This document shows, piece by piece, positions 44,797-54,860 of a stretch of 64,000 nt of DNA. A program made the translations under genes and the position numbers. Source of the DNA: an uncultured Methanosarcinaceae archaeon (GTDB lineage Archaea; Halobacteriota; Methanosarcinia; Methanosarcinales; Methanosarcinaceae); the NCBI GenBank assembly GCA_963721455.1, contig CAVRJG010000045.1, forward strand, positions 64,001 through 128,000, read 5' to 3'. Numbering within the stretch: the stretch's first letter is position 1; each line of letters opens with the position of its first letter. The notes under the pieces are model-generated. The model did no database searches, had not been told where the DNA came from, and worked only from the letters and a program-made list of their open reading frames with translations.

Positions 44797-45336
44797 TTAT
44801 GAAATCATACCAATTTTAGTCAACCAATTCGTAACATCTTTTTTCGCAGCACTCACACGAGAGCCATGGATAGCCAGCCCCTTTAAAAGCGTTGCTTTCG
44901 GACAAAGTTTTGCAATATCTTTTTCACTGCGGCCTAATCCGCTTCCTTCATGTGTACAAAATGGAATAATAGTTTTATCAGAAAAATCATATTCTTCCAG
45001 GAATGTAAACACCGGCATCGGCATCGTTCCCCACCAGTTAGGATAACCCAGGAATATCACATTATAAGAATCCATATTTTCTACATGGCTGGAAAGCTCC
45101 GGTCTGGAATTGTCATGCAGTTCTTTTTTTGCCACGTTGGTGGTTTCCGTATAATCCTCAGGATAAGACTTTACTGTATCAATACGAAAAACATCGCCTC
45201 CTGTCATTTCCTGAATCATCTTTGCTACTACTTTTGTGTTACCGATGGGCAAATTCACGATCCTTCCACTAACATAGTTATTCCCCTCACGTGAATAATA
45301 GGCTATCAGACATTTCTCTTCTTTTAAATTCATCAT
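44797..45336 (-). CDS. Flavodoxin
   Basis: YYSR.G, GNT..VA, GYPNWWG, FCTHEGSG. Confidence 0.9.
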   Translation of the reverse strand: MMNLKEEKCLIAYYSREGNNYVSGRIVNLPIGNTKVVAKMIQEMTGGDVFRIDTVKSYPEDYTETTNVAKKELHDNSRPELSSHVENMDSYNVIFLGYPNWWGTMPMPVFTFLEEYDFSDKTIIPFCTHEGSGLGRSEKDIAKLCPKATLLKGLAIHGSRVSAAKKDVTNWLTKIGMIS

Positions 45337-45441
45337 TTCTTATTCCTCGCTTTCTTTTTGCTTATTCGTTGCCGAACATTATAAATAATAATTATTCTCC
45401 CCTGGGAAAATACAATACTTTCATAAATTGTTGTTTCCATT

Positions 45442-45858
45442 CTATTCCAAAGCGAGATATTCTTCATCCGTTACGGGTTCCAGCCATTCGGCATCTCCCT
45501 TTTGGGCATTAGTACTTATCGCGAGATGTACAAACCAGCTATCCGGTGTAGCACCGTGCCAGTGTTTCACATTCGGATGGATTTTTACTACGTCCCCTTC
45601 CTGAAGCACCTGTACTGGCTTGCCTTCTTCCTGAAAATATCCTTTGCCGCCGGTAACAAGCAGAATCTGCCCACCCGGATGTTTATGCCAATTATTTCTT
45701 GCGGCTGGTTCAAAAGTTACATTACCTATCGGGCAATTAAAGGTGCTGTCATTAGAAACCAGCATTTCAAGCCATGCTGTCCCTATGAAATAGTCATTCG
45801 TAATTTTTTCGCCTTTCGGGAAGATTACACTTTCACTTAAATTGTTTGATTTATTCAT
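45442..45858 (-). CDS. Cupin domain protein
   Basis: FEP..RNNWHKH..GQ.L and HWHGA motifs. Confidence 0.9.
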   Translation of the reverse strand: MNKSNNLSESVIFPKGEKITNDYFIGTAWLEMLVSNDSTFNCPIGNVTFEPAARNNWHKHPGGQILLVTGGKGYFQEEGKPVQVLQEGDVVKIHPNVKHWHGATPDSWFVHLAISTNAQKGDAEWLEPVTDEEYLALE

Positions 45859-46016
45859 GTTTTATTCTCCTTTAAATTTTTTCATGGGACTACTTTCTTG
45901 TAACTCACGGATATGACTCCTGATTGATTTTCTGCTTAGCTGGGTATTTTGAGGCAGGTTTTCAATTAATTTCTGTATTTGATTGACTGATCACTCACGC
46001 GTGGAGTGAAAAAAAA

Positions 46017-46595
46017 TTATTTTTTAGCCAGACCTCTCCAGATAATCTGGAATCCATCCTCTAAAATCTTATTTTCATCCTGCGATGGATCTGAATCAAG
46101 GATCAGGTTCACTACCGCCCTGCTAGCCTGATAAAACATTGCAATGGTCAGCTCCGCAGAAAAGTCTCGGATCTCTCCCGTTATTATTCCTTCATTCACA
46201 AGATTATGGAGAAAGATATACTCTTTCATTACTTCTTCACGCGTAAATTTAGTTATATAAGGAGAAGAGCAGAACTGCCCGACAAAAAGAAATTCTTCCT
46301 GATTGTCTACTCCCCACTTGATTAAATTTGACCATATTTTTCTTAATTTATCTTGGAAGGTACTCTGTGCTTCAACTTCTTTCCCCATACTGTGACTTAA
46401 TTGCCCTTTTACTTCGGAATACAGGCTGTTTATAAGATCTTCCTTTGTAGGAAAGTAATTGAAAAGGGTGCCTGTGGCTACACCTGCTTCTTTTGAAATC
46501 TGAGCAGTGGATGTACCCTGGAAGCCTCTTTCAGTGAAGAGCTTCAGGGCTGCTTCCATAATGGCTGTTCTTTTGTCTTTGACCTGTTCTTTCAT
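46017..46595 (-). CDS. TetR/AcrR family regulator
   Basis: AALKLF.ERGF..TST.QI..EAGVA.GTLFNYF.TKEDL. Confidence 0.93.
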   Translation of the reverse strand: MKEQVKDKRTAIMEAALKLFTERGFQGTSTAQISKEAGVATGTLFNYFPTKEDLINSLYSEVKGQLSHSMGKEVEAQSTFQDKLRKIWSNLIKWGVDNQEEFLFVGQFCSSPYITKFTREEVMKEYIFLHNLVNEGIITGEIRDFSAELTIAMFYQASRAVVNLILDSDPSQDENKILEDGFQIIWRGLAKK

Positions 46596-46610
46596 GCATG
46601 ATCTCTACAA

Positions 46611-46628
46611 TTGACTGATTAGTCAGTT
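46611..46628. promoter_or_regulatory. Putative TetR operator
   Basis: Near-palindrome tgactgattagtca just upstream of tetR; variants at 45984 and 43970. Confidence 0.55.
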
Positions 46629-46729
46629 ATGTTGTAATATTATGTTATTATAAATACTTTATGGTGCTTTTTTCTTAACTCTCAGCCAAATATTTTAACC
46701 CTTCTTGTCACTAATAAAGGAAGCTGAAA

Positions 46730-47135
46730 TTGCCCCTGCCAAAAATACAGCCAAAGAGCAATATATTTCACAGAACGCATCGTATATCGTGTAAATTCTC
46801 CATATTGCATGCTTTTTTTGCTAATTTAAACACGTCCTCTATGAGAGATCTGATTAGGTCATATTCTCGTTTCAAACTGGCAAGTGTACGCTGCAAACGT
46901 ACACCAAAACTAAGAGTTAAAACCCAAAAGATAATTACAGGATCAATTTTACGTTCACATATTATAAGACCAGTTTCTTTGGCAGTTTGCTTTAACCACT
47001 CTTCGGAAAACATTTCCTGAAGAGAATCTTCAAGAGTATGTGGGAGGCAAGAAGGCGTAGATACAGAGAGATTCAGGTCTTAACTTAAAAAAAGTGTACA
47101 AAAGCGCTGATTTAATGCTTAACCGATGACGCATG
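46730..47135 (-). mobile_element. Internally deleted IS4-family remnant
   Basis: MFSEEWL.QTAKETGL..RERKIDPV-type transposase N-terminus; candidate end catgcgtcatcggttaagc. Confidence 0.65.
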
Positions 47136-47231
47136 AAGCTGGATGAGTAAATTGAGGATTTTTGGTGACTTAAGGAAAAAGTATTCAGCGATACATTTAA
47201 AAATCCGAATTGTTAATGTGTAGAGATCATC

Positions 47232-47934
47232 ATGCTCATAGTACTCTCATTAGGCGGTTCAATTCTCGCAAAAGACCTTGACTCGGATCGTTTTTTAAAA
47301 TATGCAGATGTTCTCCGGAATATCTCGAAAAAGCACACACTGCTCGTGGTAACCGGAGGAGGAGAAGCCGCAAGGCACTATATCGAGGCTGCAAGGGCTA
47401 TGGGAGCCGATGAAGTAACCTGCGACTATATAGGCATCGAAATCACTCGCCTGAACGCACGGCTGCTTGCCGCAGCCCTCGGGTCCGACGCATACCCTGA
47501 AATCCCGACAAACTACGTGGAAGCCTCAAAAGCAATGAGTTCGGGGAAGATCGTGGTAATGGGAGGAATCACACCTGGCCAGACCACGGATGCGGTAGCC
47601 GCAATTCTTGCGGAGTTCCTGCGGGCAGACTTGCTGACTATTGCGACCTCGATTGACGGAGTTTATTCTTCAGACCCGAACTGTGATCCCATCGGCAGTA
47701 AAATATGACAAAATCTCCCCTGAGAAACTAATAAGCATAGTCATGGCAATTGAGATGAAAGCAGGCTCCAAGTCCCCTGTTGACCCTGTAGCCGCAAAAA
47801 TTATCGAACGCTGCAAGCTCGATGCCCTTGTTATGGATGCCCGGGACCCTGCCCTGCTTGGAAAAGTTCTCGACGGAGAAGCAGCCGGAAAATCTCCGGT
47901 ATCCTGTGGAACCTGGATCACAACACGAAAATAA
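47232..47934 (+). CDS. pyrH: Uridylate kinase (1-nt frameshift near 47690)
   Basis: SLGGS, GGGEAAR.YI, PGQTTDAVAA, DGVY..DP; C-terminal half continues in the adjacent frame. Confidence 0.92.
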
Positions 47935-48122
47935 GACCCGGAACAGCCTTAATAGCCAGACGAAATAAAGTCCGAAAAGTAAAAGCTGGCTTTAAAGCCC
48001 TTATTTTTACGGAAGATGAAAACTTAAACATAGAGGTTCCGACATACATTCCTATTACAGGGAGCAGGCCGTAACGCCGGTTTCGATTCCCTGGAGTATC
48101 TGGAAAGAAGGAGGACCTGGGC

Positions 48123-49319
48123 TTGAGCCTGCCGGAAAAAAAGAGTTCTTTTAAACATACAGGGTTTATTTTCCGTTTTTTTTCCATACTTCTATTCCTG
48201 ATTGTCTTCTGCACTGAGATCAGTCCTGCTTCTGCAGGGATAAACGGGACAGCCCCTGAAGAAGAAAGACAGGGAAATATCGTTATCACTGATTTTTTCT
48301 CAGACCATGAACTCTCTGATGCAACAGTTCGGTTTGAACAACCTCTTGAAAATGCCTCGCTTGTTTTTACTTTGTCTTCGGGAAAGAAACTGCTGAAATC
48401 GGAAACTTTCCCTCTGGGCCCTGTGGAGAAAGGACAGGAAGTTAAAAAAGTCCTGTTCTGGGGGCTTGAAAACGGCTTCGGAAAAAATAGGGACTCCGAA
48501 AAGGATAGAGACTCTTATACAGCACAGCTTTTTGTAAAAAATGACAGCGAAAACCTTGCCTCAAGAGAACTTTCATTTTCCTACCGAAATCCCACTCTTT
48601 CAAAGCTTAAGCTTGTTGACTTTTCTGCAGACTCCGAAAAAGCTTCTGTTTTGATAACTCTTACAAACCCTGCAAGCTTCGGGAGTGTGCAGATGCCTGA
48701 ACCCGGTATGATAGATCTTGACCTGAAGCTCCTCTCGGGCACGGAAATTGTGTATTCCGAAAGCCAGAAGAATATCCCTGTTACGGATGCCTATTACAAA
48801 CAAATTTACTGGCCCTTCCTCCTCGAAAAGGGCAGAAACTATACAGCCCTCCTGAAGGTTCACTCCCACTCTCCTGACATTACTACAGCCTATAGATCGG
48901 ATTTCACGGCAGAAGAAAAAGTGGAAATTCTCGACCCGGATATCGATGTGGACGAATACGGAGCAAGTGTCACTATCACCGGGAAATCCCAGGTGCCTTT
49001 TGACGGCGTTATAAGGGTTGTGCTGACTCCTGAAGAAGGGAAAGTGCAGGTTTTTGAAGAAACCGCAGATATCCTGACAGCGGGAAAAGAAGATACTGTA
49101 GGAATAATCTGGCAGGGAGTCCCAAAGGGAGACTATAATGTAAAGATTTATGTGCTGAACCTGGAAGGAAAAGTCCTGGACAGCCATGAGACGGTTCTCA
49201 GGGTCTTTGAGCCCGTAGCCGAAGCAAGCTCTGTCGAAGAATCCCCGGCTTTTGACTTCCTCGCAGCTCTGGGAATTTTCCTGTCCGCTGGGATCTTGCC
49301 AGGAAGGAAAGGGAAATAG
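48123..49319 (+). CDS. Secreted/membrane-anchored protein of ABC operon
   Basis: Signal peptide, beta-rich body, C-terminal SPAF + TM + basic tail. Confidence 0.75.
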   Translation: MSLPEKKSSFKHTGFIFRFFSILLFLIVFCTEISPASAGINGTAPEEERQGNIVITDFFSDHELSDATVRFEQPLENASLVFTLSSGKKLLKSETFPLGPVEKGQEVKKVLFWGLENGFGKNRDSEKDRDSYTAQLFVKNDSENLASRELSFSYRNPTLSKLKLVDFSADSEKASVLITLTNPASFGSVQMPEPGMIDLDLKLLSGTEIVYSESQKNIPVTDAYYKQIYWPFLLEKGRNYTALLKVHSHSPDITTAYRSDFTAEEKVEILDPDIDVDEYGASVTITGKSQVPFDGVIRVVLTPEEGKVQVFEETADILTAGKEDTVGIIWQGVPKGDYNVKIYVLNLEGKVLDSHETVLRVFEPVAEASSVEESPAFDFLAALGIFLSAGILPGRKGK

Positions 49320-49369
49320 AAGTTTCTGAAAGCCTTTAAAACCGTGTAAAATTCGAATGCGGGATCATC

Positions 49370-50485
49370 ATGTTTGACCTCATCATCCGAAATATAATGA
49401 ACAGGAAGGTCAGGAGTGCACTGACAGTCTGTGGGATTGCACTTGGGATTTTTGCCGTTATCGTTATGGGTGCCATGTCCGAAAATTTCCACCAGACTTT
49501 TGAGCGTTCCATGAGTGTGACCAGCGACAAGATCCGGGTCTTTGCCGAAAGCGGGGTCTTTGGAGGGGGACTCACGGACGATAAAGTGAGTGACGTGCTC
49601 AGGGTGGCAGGGGTGAAAGATGCTTACGGGCTTCTAATGACTACTTTTGATGAGGATAAAATGGGAATGACCGGAAAACAGATACTTGGTGTTCCCCCGG
49701 AAAAATCCAGCGTTGCCCTTTATCCGGTTGAGCTGAAGGCAGGCCGTTTCCTCAATCCAGGGGATTCCTATAATGTTGTTGTCGGAAGCAATATAAAAAG
49801 GGAATATGAACTCCAGATAGGGAGCAAATTTGAGATCCATGACAAGTACTTTACCGTGATAGGAATCCTTGATTACACAGGCTCGATTTTTGACAATGCG
49901 GTAATTATTCCCCTTGAAACCGCACAGGACCTCTACAATGTGGGCGATTCGGTTTCCTATATCTTTGCAGTACCTGATGAACGGGTGGATGCCGAAATGC
50001 TCTCGAAACGCATAGAATTCAGCGTAAAAGGCACAAGCACCCTTTCTCCAGGAGAACTTGAGGTGCAGGCAAAGCAGTCCTTTATGATTTTCAGCGTAAT
50101 CACTATCAGCTCAGGGCTCCTTGCAGCAATCATAGGCGGGCTTTGCGTGATGAATACCATGCTCATGTCCGTTGCCGAGAGGACAAGGGAATTCGGGATT
50201 TTAAAAGCCATTGGGGCCGAAACCAGGGATATTTTGCTCCTGACACTTGGGGAAGCTTCATTTATGGGCCTTTTCGGCGGAATCCTGGGAATTCTTGTGG
50301 GCACTGGGGCTGTTTATATTATGAATGCCTGGCTTGCAAATACAAGGATAGTGCTTTTCCTGATAACGCCCAGGCTTCTTGTAATTGCCATGCTCTTCGC
50401 CTTATTGATAGGGGCTCTTTCAGGGCTTTATCCTGCGTACAGGGCCTCGAAAATGAGTCCTATGGAGGCTTTGAAGCATGCCTGA
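49370..50485 (+). CDS. MacB/FtsX-type ABC permease
   Basis: RSALT..GI.LG, NTMLMSVAERTREFG, YPAYRAS. Confidence 0.92.
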   Translation: MFDLIIRNIMNRKVRSALTVCGIALGIFAVIVMGAMSENFHQTFERSMSVTSDKIRVFAESGVFGGGLTDDKVSDVLRVAGVKDAYGLLMTTFDEDKMGMTGKQILGVPPEKSSVALYPVELKAGRFLNPGDSYNVVVGSNIKREYELQIGSKFEIHDKYFTVIGILDYTGSIFDNAVIIPLETAQDLYNVGDSVSYIFAVPDERVDAEMLSKRIEFSVKGTSTLSPGELEVQAKQSFMIFSVITISSGLLAAIIGGLCVMNTMLMSVAERTREFGILKAIGAETRDILLLTLGEASFMGLFGGILGILVGTGAVYIMNAWLANTRIVLFLITPRLLVIAMLFALLIGALSGLYPAYRASKMSPMEALKHA

Positions 50486-50778
50486 AATGGAGATTGAAGG
50501 GAAAGGTTTAAAACTGCGGAAAAGCCTAGGATCTCTTGAAAATATTCCTATTGCGTTCGACAACCTTTCTTTATGCACCTGAACCGTAGCCCTTCTAGCT
50601 ATAAATGGATCTTCCAAATTTATTTTATTCAAATCAGTTGGAACTGAGTTGCCAAAAGCAATCGATTTAATATCATAGTCGTACGACTTTTTGTCTCATA
50701 ACGTGACCAATATGATATAAACTGGATAAAACGAAGCACCCAATGTTTCAATCCCTACAAATGTGAAAGCGCTCAAAG

Positions 50779-53106
50779 TCAGTCAGGGACACGCTTTTCA
50801 AGATACTCAAGTTCTTCTTGATCGCTGGGTGTGAGTCCCTGAGTTTCTCCTAATTCATATTCGTTATAGAAGGCTCCTCCTAGATCCGCCCTTGCCTCCA
50901 TTCTATAGCGTTGGCGTAAGATCTCATTTTTGCGTCTCCTCATCATATCAAGTATTGCATTCACTTGTTGTTTTAGTTCTTCCAACTCCGATCGGCTGTA
51001 GATTTTTTCTCTCACCAGTAAGCCATAATCATTTTTGATCAAGTACTTTATTACTTTCATTCCCCGTGAACTATTTATCTCATTCAAGAAAGCAATATAT
51101 GGGACGCTATAGATCATCCGTACATCCTTAACAGTTCTATCATGAGCCATAGTACTGCTAAGCTTCATCCTTTGGCTTGTGAATCAAAGTTTCAGCTTGT
51201 TTAGATAGGTATTCATACCTCTGTTTCTGTGTTTCTGGAGCAATTCCAGGTTTTATTTTCGGTCCTGTAAACTTGTTCATTAGGACTGACAGGCTAGCAC
51301 CAACTTCAATCAGGTTAAGTGTTCCTGTTTGATCGATGAATGAGACATCCACATCTTCTGATACAGGAGTAGTTTTGTCGGCGAATACTCCTGTAGCTGA
51401 GTAATTCGAGCCACTAAAAACTTTTTCGCCTATTTGGGGTCCGATTCTGCTAGCAGAGACCAATGCCTCTAATTCTGCGTTTACCCCTTTAAGTGTCGTT
51501 ACAAATCCGTCTAACACTTGTCCTCCTTCACCTACGAGATAATAATCCGGAGGCTTTTCCCATATGCTACTGAAAGCCCTATGAAGCATATCTTCTATAC
51601 CTTTAAGTTCTATCCTTTCTTTGAGTCCTATTATGGTATTTAGTAGATCCAGAGTCAGTTGAGTTTCCGATTTATAACCTTTTACTGTCATCAAGGCGAG
51701 TTTATACTTGAACTCCAATTCTGATCTTCCTGGGGTAAATTGAGTAACTACGTCGGCATCCGTACCCCAGAACTGAACGGAAAAAATCGATCCTAATTGT
51801 GATGTCAAATCCTCTCTTGGTGTCGGTCTCTGGCTCTTCTTTGGCGGCGGTCTTTAGCGATTTCTTGGAGTCGGTCTTTCGCCGATTAAGAAGCGCTTTT
51901 CGATTTGGAAAAATTGTGCCATCTATAGATTGAAGGTATCCTCGTAGAATCTCGTCTCCACCGTTTTGTTCAGTGACTGCCTTTGCTTCACGAGAACCAA
52001 GGATGTCATTGTAGACTTGAAGCCATTCCATCTGGTGATTCTGAACCGTCTCAACCACTTTTTTGTCTTTGAGAATATTCCATACAATGAACGTAAATAC
52101 TCCCTGAATTATGGGAAATAAGGGAGTGCGGAGATTTTTTATAAAGAGTTGATTTCGTAATGAATCGTTGCCCTTGCTAAGGATGCGTACTTTCATGACA
52201 TCCGCTTCATGCTCCAGACCCTCGTCATCATTAATGGGAACCCCGTCCTTCAACTGCATCGTAGGGTTTACTCTACCCTGTGCCTGCTGCACCACATGCC
52301 ACGCCTCATGCGGCAAATGCTTCTCCTGCCCCGGAGCTACATGAATATCTGTTCCCTGAGTATAAGCCAAAGCCCCTACTTCAGCAGGCTTCGATGAGTT
52401 ATAATGCACCCTCACATCACTCATATCAATTCCAGACAAACTCTCCACGCCAGCCTTGAGGTTATCTGGCATTCCAGTGTTATTCTCCCTCTTTGTCTGA
52501 AGAGGCTCTTCTTCCTCAGGGATTTCCTGACGCTGGATACTTTCAAATTTACCTTGAAGAAGTTCCTCTTCTTCTGGGATTTCCTGCCTCTGCACTATAG
52601 GAGCTGCGAAACACGAAGGGCAGGCTATTTCAGGCTTGTTTTCAAACTTGCCTTGAAGAGGTTCTTCTTCCTCTGGAATTTCTTGGCGCTGGATAGTTCC
52701 TATCATTTTTCCTTGAAGAGGTTCTTCCTCTTCAGGAATTTCTTGCCTTTGCATGCATGAAGGGCATGTTTCTTCCTCAGGCCCACCTTCAAACTTACCT
52801 TGCAGCGGTTCTTCTTCCTCAGGTATTTCCTGGCGTTGGACCAGCTCTTGACGTTGAACAGGCGGTGCTTGTTTAGCTTTTGAAGGAATCAGCCCAATTT
52901 CTGATAACAGCCTGCCAACTGCCCGATTTCCAATAGTACTGCTGAAGCTGCATGACATCAGCGTGTGTGAGAGATTTTGGATTGATTCTGGCACGCTGGA
53001 TGATAGCCATTGGATGTGAACTAGGAGCCTGGATTCGGGGAGTTGCTTGCTTTTGAGAAGTAGTTTTTGATTCTGTGGATTGCTGGGTTTGCTGATGTTC
53101 TGGCAT
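50779..53106 (-). CDS. eCIS-core (DUF4157) domain protein with QRQEIPEEEEPLQ repeats and probable PD-(D/E)xK-like C-terminal domain (about 3 frameshifts)
   Basis: LQ.TIGNRAV, NNTGMPDNLKAGVE.LSG.DMSDVRVHYNS, ALAYTQG.DIH, HLPHEAWHVVQQ; four consecutive ORF pieces. Confidence 0.82.
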
Positions 53107-53305
53107 GAAAAACATCCCTGTGGAAGATGACTGTATAATTCTTCAAAAAAATTGATAATATTAAGATGTCACAGTACAAGATACTTTCTGTTTTAAAATA
53201 AATTTCATTGAATAGAATATTGTTGAGAAAAAGACTGAGATTTAACATACTGTTTTGTGGAGGCAAAGATAATGATTATATCATATAGCCTCACTATAGG
53301 GAACT

Positions 53306-53587
53306 ATGGCAGCTACAACTACAATTTGCCTTGAACCTGAAGTAAAAGAGTTGCTTAATGGATTGAAGATCCATCCGCAGGAATCTTACAACTCTGTCGT
53401 GAAACGATTGGCTACCAGTGCTTATGACTGGGAACCGCTTAGCGAAGAGTCGATCAAACAAATCGAAGAAGGGCTGCGTGATTATAGAGAAGGCAAATTT
53501 TTCACTCATGAAGAAGTCTGGGGAGAAATCGAAAAGGAAGGAAAAGAAAAGACCGGGAAAACAAAGGTTGGAGAATGTACCGAATAA
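53306..53587 (+). CDS. Type II antitoxin (RHH-like)
   Basis: TTI.L...VK..L..LK....ESYNSVV.RL and IEEGLRDYREG..FTHEEV; overlaps toxin. Confidence 0.82.
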   Translation: MAATTTICLEPEVKELLNGLKIHPQESYNSVVKRLATSAYDWEPLSEESIKQIEEGLRDYREGKFFTHEEVWGEIEKEGKEKTGKTKVGECTE

Positions 53588-53838
53588 TTTATTCTCCGGC
53601 AGCTAAAAGAGATTTGAAAAGGTTGCCTGCAGATGTTCAGGATCGGGTGCGAGATGCTCTTGATGAGATAGTGGATGATCCTTATGAACATGTCAAGAAA
53701 TTAAGAACTCCTTCTAACTCCCCTATTTTTGCTTATAGAGTCGGCAAGTACAGGGTTGTTATGTCGATTCACGATTTTGAACTGATAATTCTGGTTCTTG
53801 AAGTCGGAGATCGGAAAAATATCTATCGAAAATTTTGA
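53575..53838 (+). CDS. RelE/ParE family toxin
   Basis: YRIIYS..A.RDLKRL, YRVGKYRVV, VGDRKNIY. Confidence 0.9.
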   Translation: MYRIIYSPAAKRDLKRLPADVQDRVRDALDEIVDDPYEHVKKLRTPSNSPIFAYRVGKYRVVMSIHDFELIILVLEVGDRKNIYRKF

Positions 53839-53993
53839 GCTGGGACTGCAAGAATGCAGAATTTTTACAATAAAAACTGTGTATATTAAATTAGTGTTTA
53901 CAAAACTTTCGTACGTTGTCTGCAAAAAATAAATTAAACCCCTTAGAATACTAAATAAGAATTCGAAAATACCCCCGATGGAGGCTTTGAAAC

Positions 53994-54755
53994 ATGCCAG
54001 AAACAGGAACTGAAGGGCCAAAAATAATAAAAAAGTCAGTAAAAGAAGAGGACAAACCAGGCAGTTCCGAAGAAGTGGGGCAGAAAGTCATAATGCAGGT
54101 TGAAAACCTTTCCAAAACCTATTTCCAGGGCAAAATCCCTGTCCATGCCCTTCGCTGTGCCTGCATAACCGTAAGAAAAGGGGAACTTCTTGCGATAATG
54201 GGGCCTTCAGGTTCAGGAAAATCGACTCTTCTCGCCCTGATAGGCACACTTGAAAAAGCCACGGACGGGAAAATAATTCTTGACGGGACAGACCTTACTT
54301 CTGTGCCTGAAAAACTGCTTCCCCGCGTGAGAAGAGAAAAAATCGGCTTTATTTTCCAGCACTATAACCTCATTCCCACCCTTTCTGCGCTTGAAAATGT
54401 GGAGCTTGCCATGCGCTTTTCCAGGGTGCCAAAAAAAGAAAGGAAAGAAAGGGCAAGGAACCTGCTTGAAGAACTTGGCCTTGGAGACCGTCTCACCCAT
54501 AAACCCTCGGAACTCTCAGGAGGAGAACAGCAGAGAGTTTCTATTGCCAGGGCACTTGCGAATAAGCCTGCCCTTATCCTGGCTGACGAGCCCACAGGAG
54601 AGGTGGACAGCAAAACCAGGGATTCAATTGTCAGGATCTTCAAGGAGTTAAGCGAAAAAGGGCAGACAATTCTTGTTGTGACACATGATCCGGAGGTTGC
54701 AAAAGAATGTTCGAGGATACTGCGGATCACGGACGGGATTATTAAAGATCATTAA
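53994..54755 (+). CDS. LolD/MacB-type ABC ATPase
   Basis: GPSGSGKST, LSGGEQQR, ILADEPTG, VTHD. Confidence 0.95.
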   Translation: MPETGTEGPKIIKKSVKEEDKPGSSEEVGQKVIMQVENLSKTYFQGKIPVHALRCACITVRKGELLAIMGPSGSGKSTLLALIGTLEKATDGKIILDGTDLTSVPEKLLPRVRREKIGFIFQHYNLIPTLSALENVELAMRFSRVPKKERKERARNLLEELGLGDRLTHKPSELSGGEQQRVSIARALANKPALILADEPTGEVDSKTRDSIVRIFKELSEKGQTILVVTHDPEVAKECSRILRITDGIIKDH

Positions 54756-54860
54756 AGGCACTGGAAGAAAAATGATTAAAGAGAGATAAAATGGTAAAGA
54801 GAGGCAAATGTAGTAAAAAGAGATAAGGATGGGCTAAAAATTAGCATTTACTTAAACCTT

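Larger units (their letters stand above)
50447..54017. mobile_element. 3.5-kb island bounded by 55-bp imperfect direct repeats
   Basis: 50447-50501 and 53963-54017 align ungapped (43/55 identical) at offset 3516 and duplicate the permease-stop/ATPase-start junction. Confidence 0.8.

Noticed and set aside
48058-48096. tRNA T-loop-like ggtttcgattccc (also ggttcagtcc at 6731)
   Set aside because: No cloverleaf can be folded
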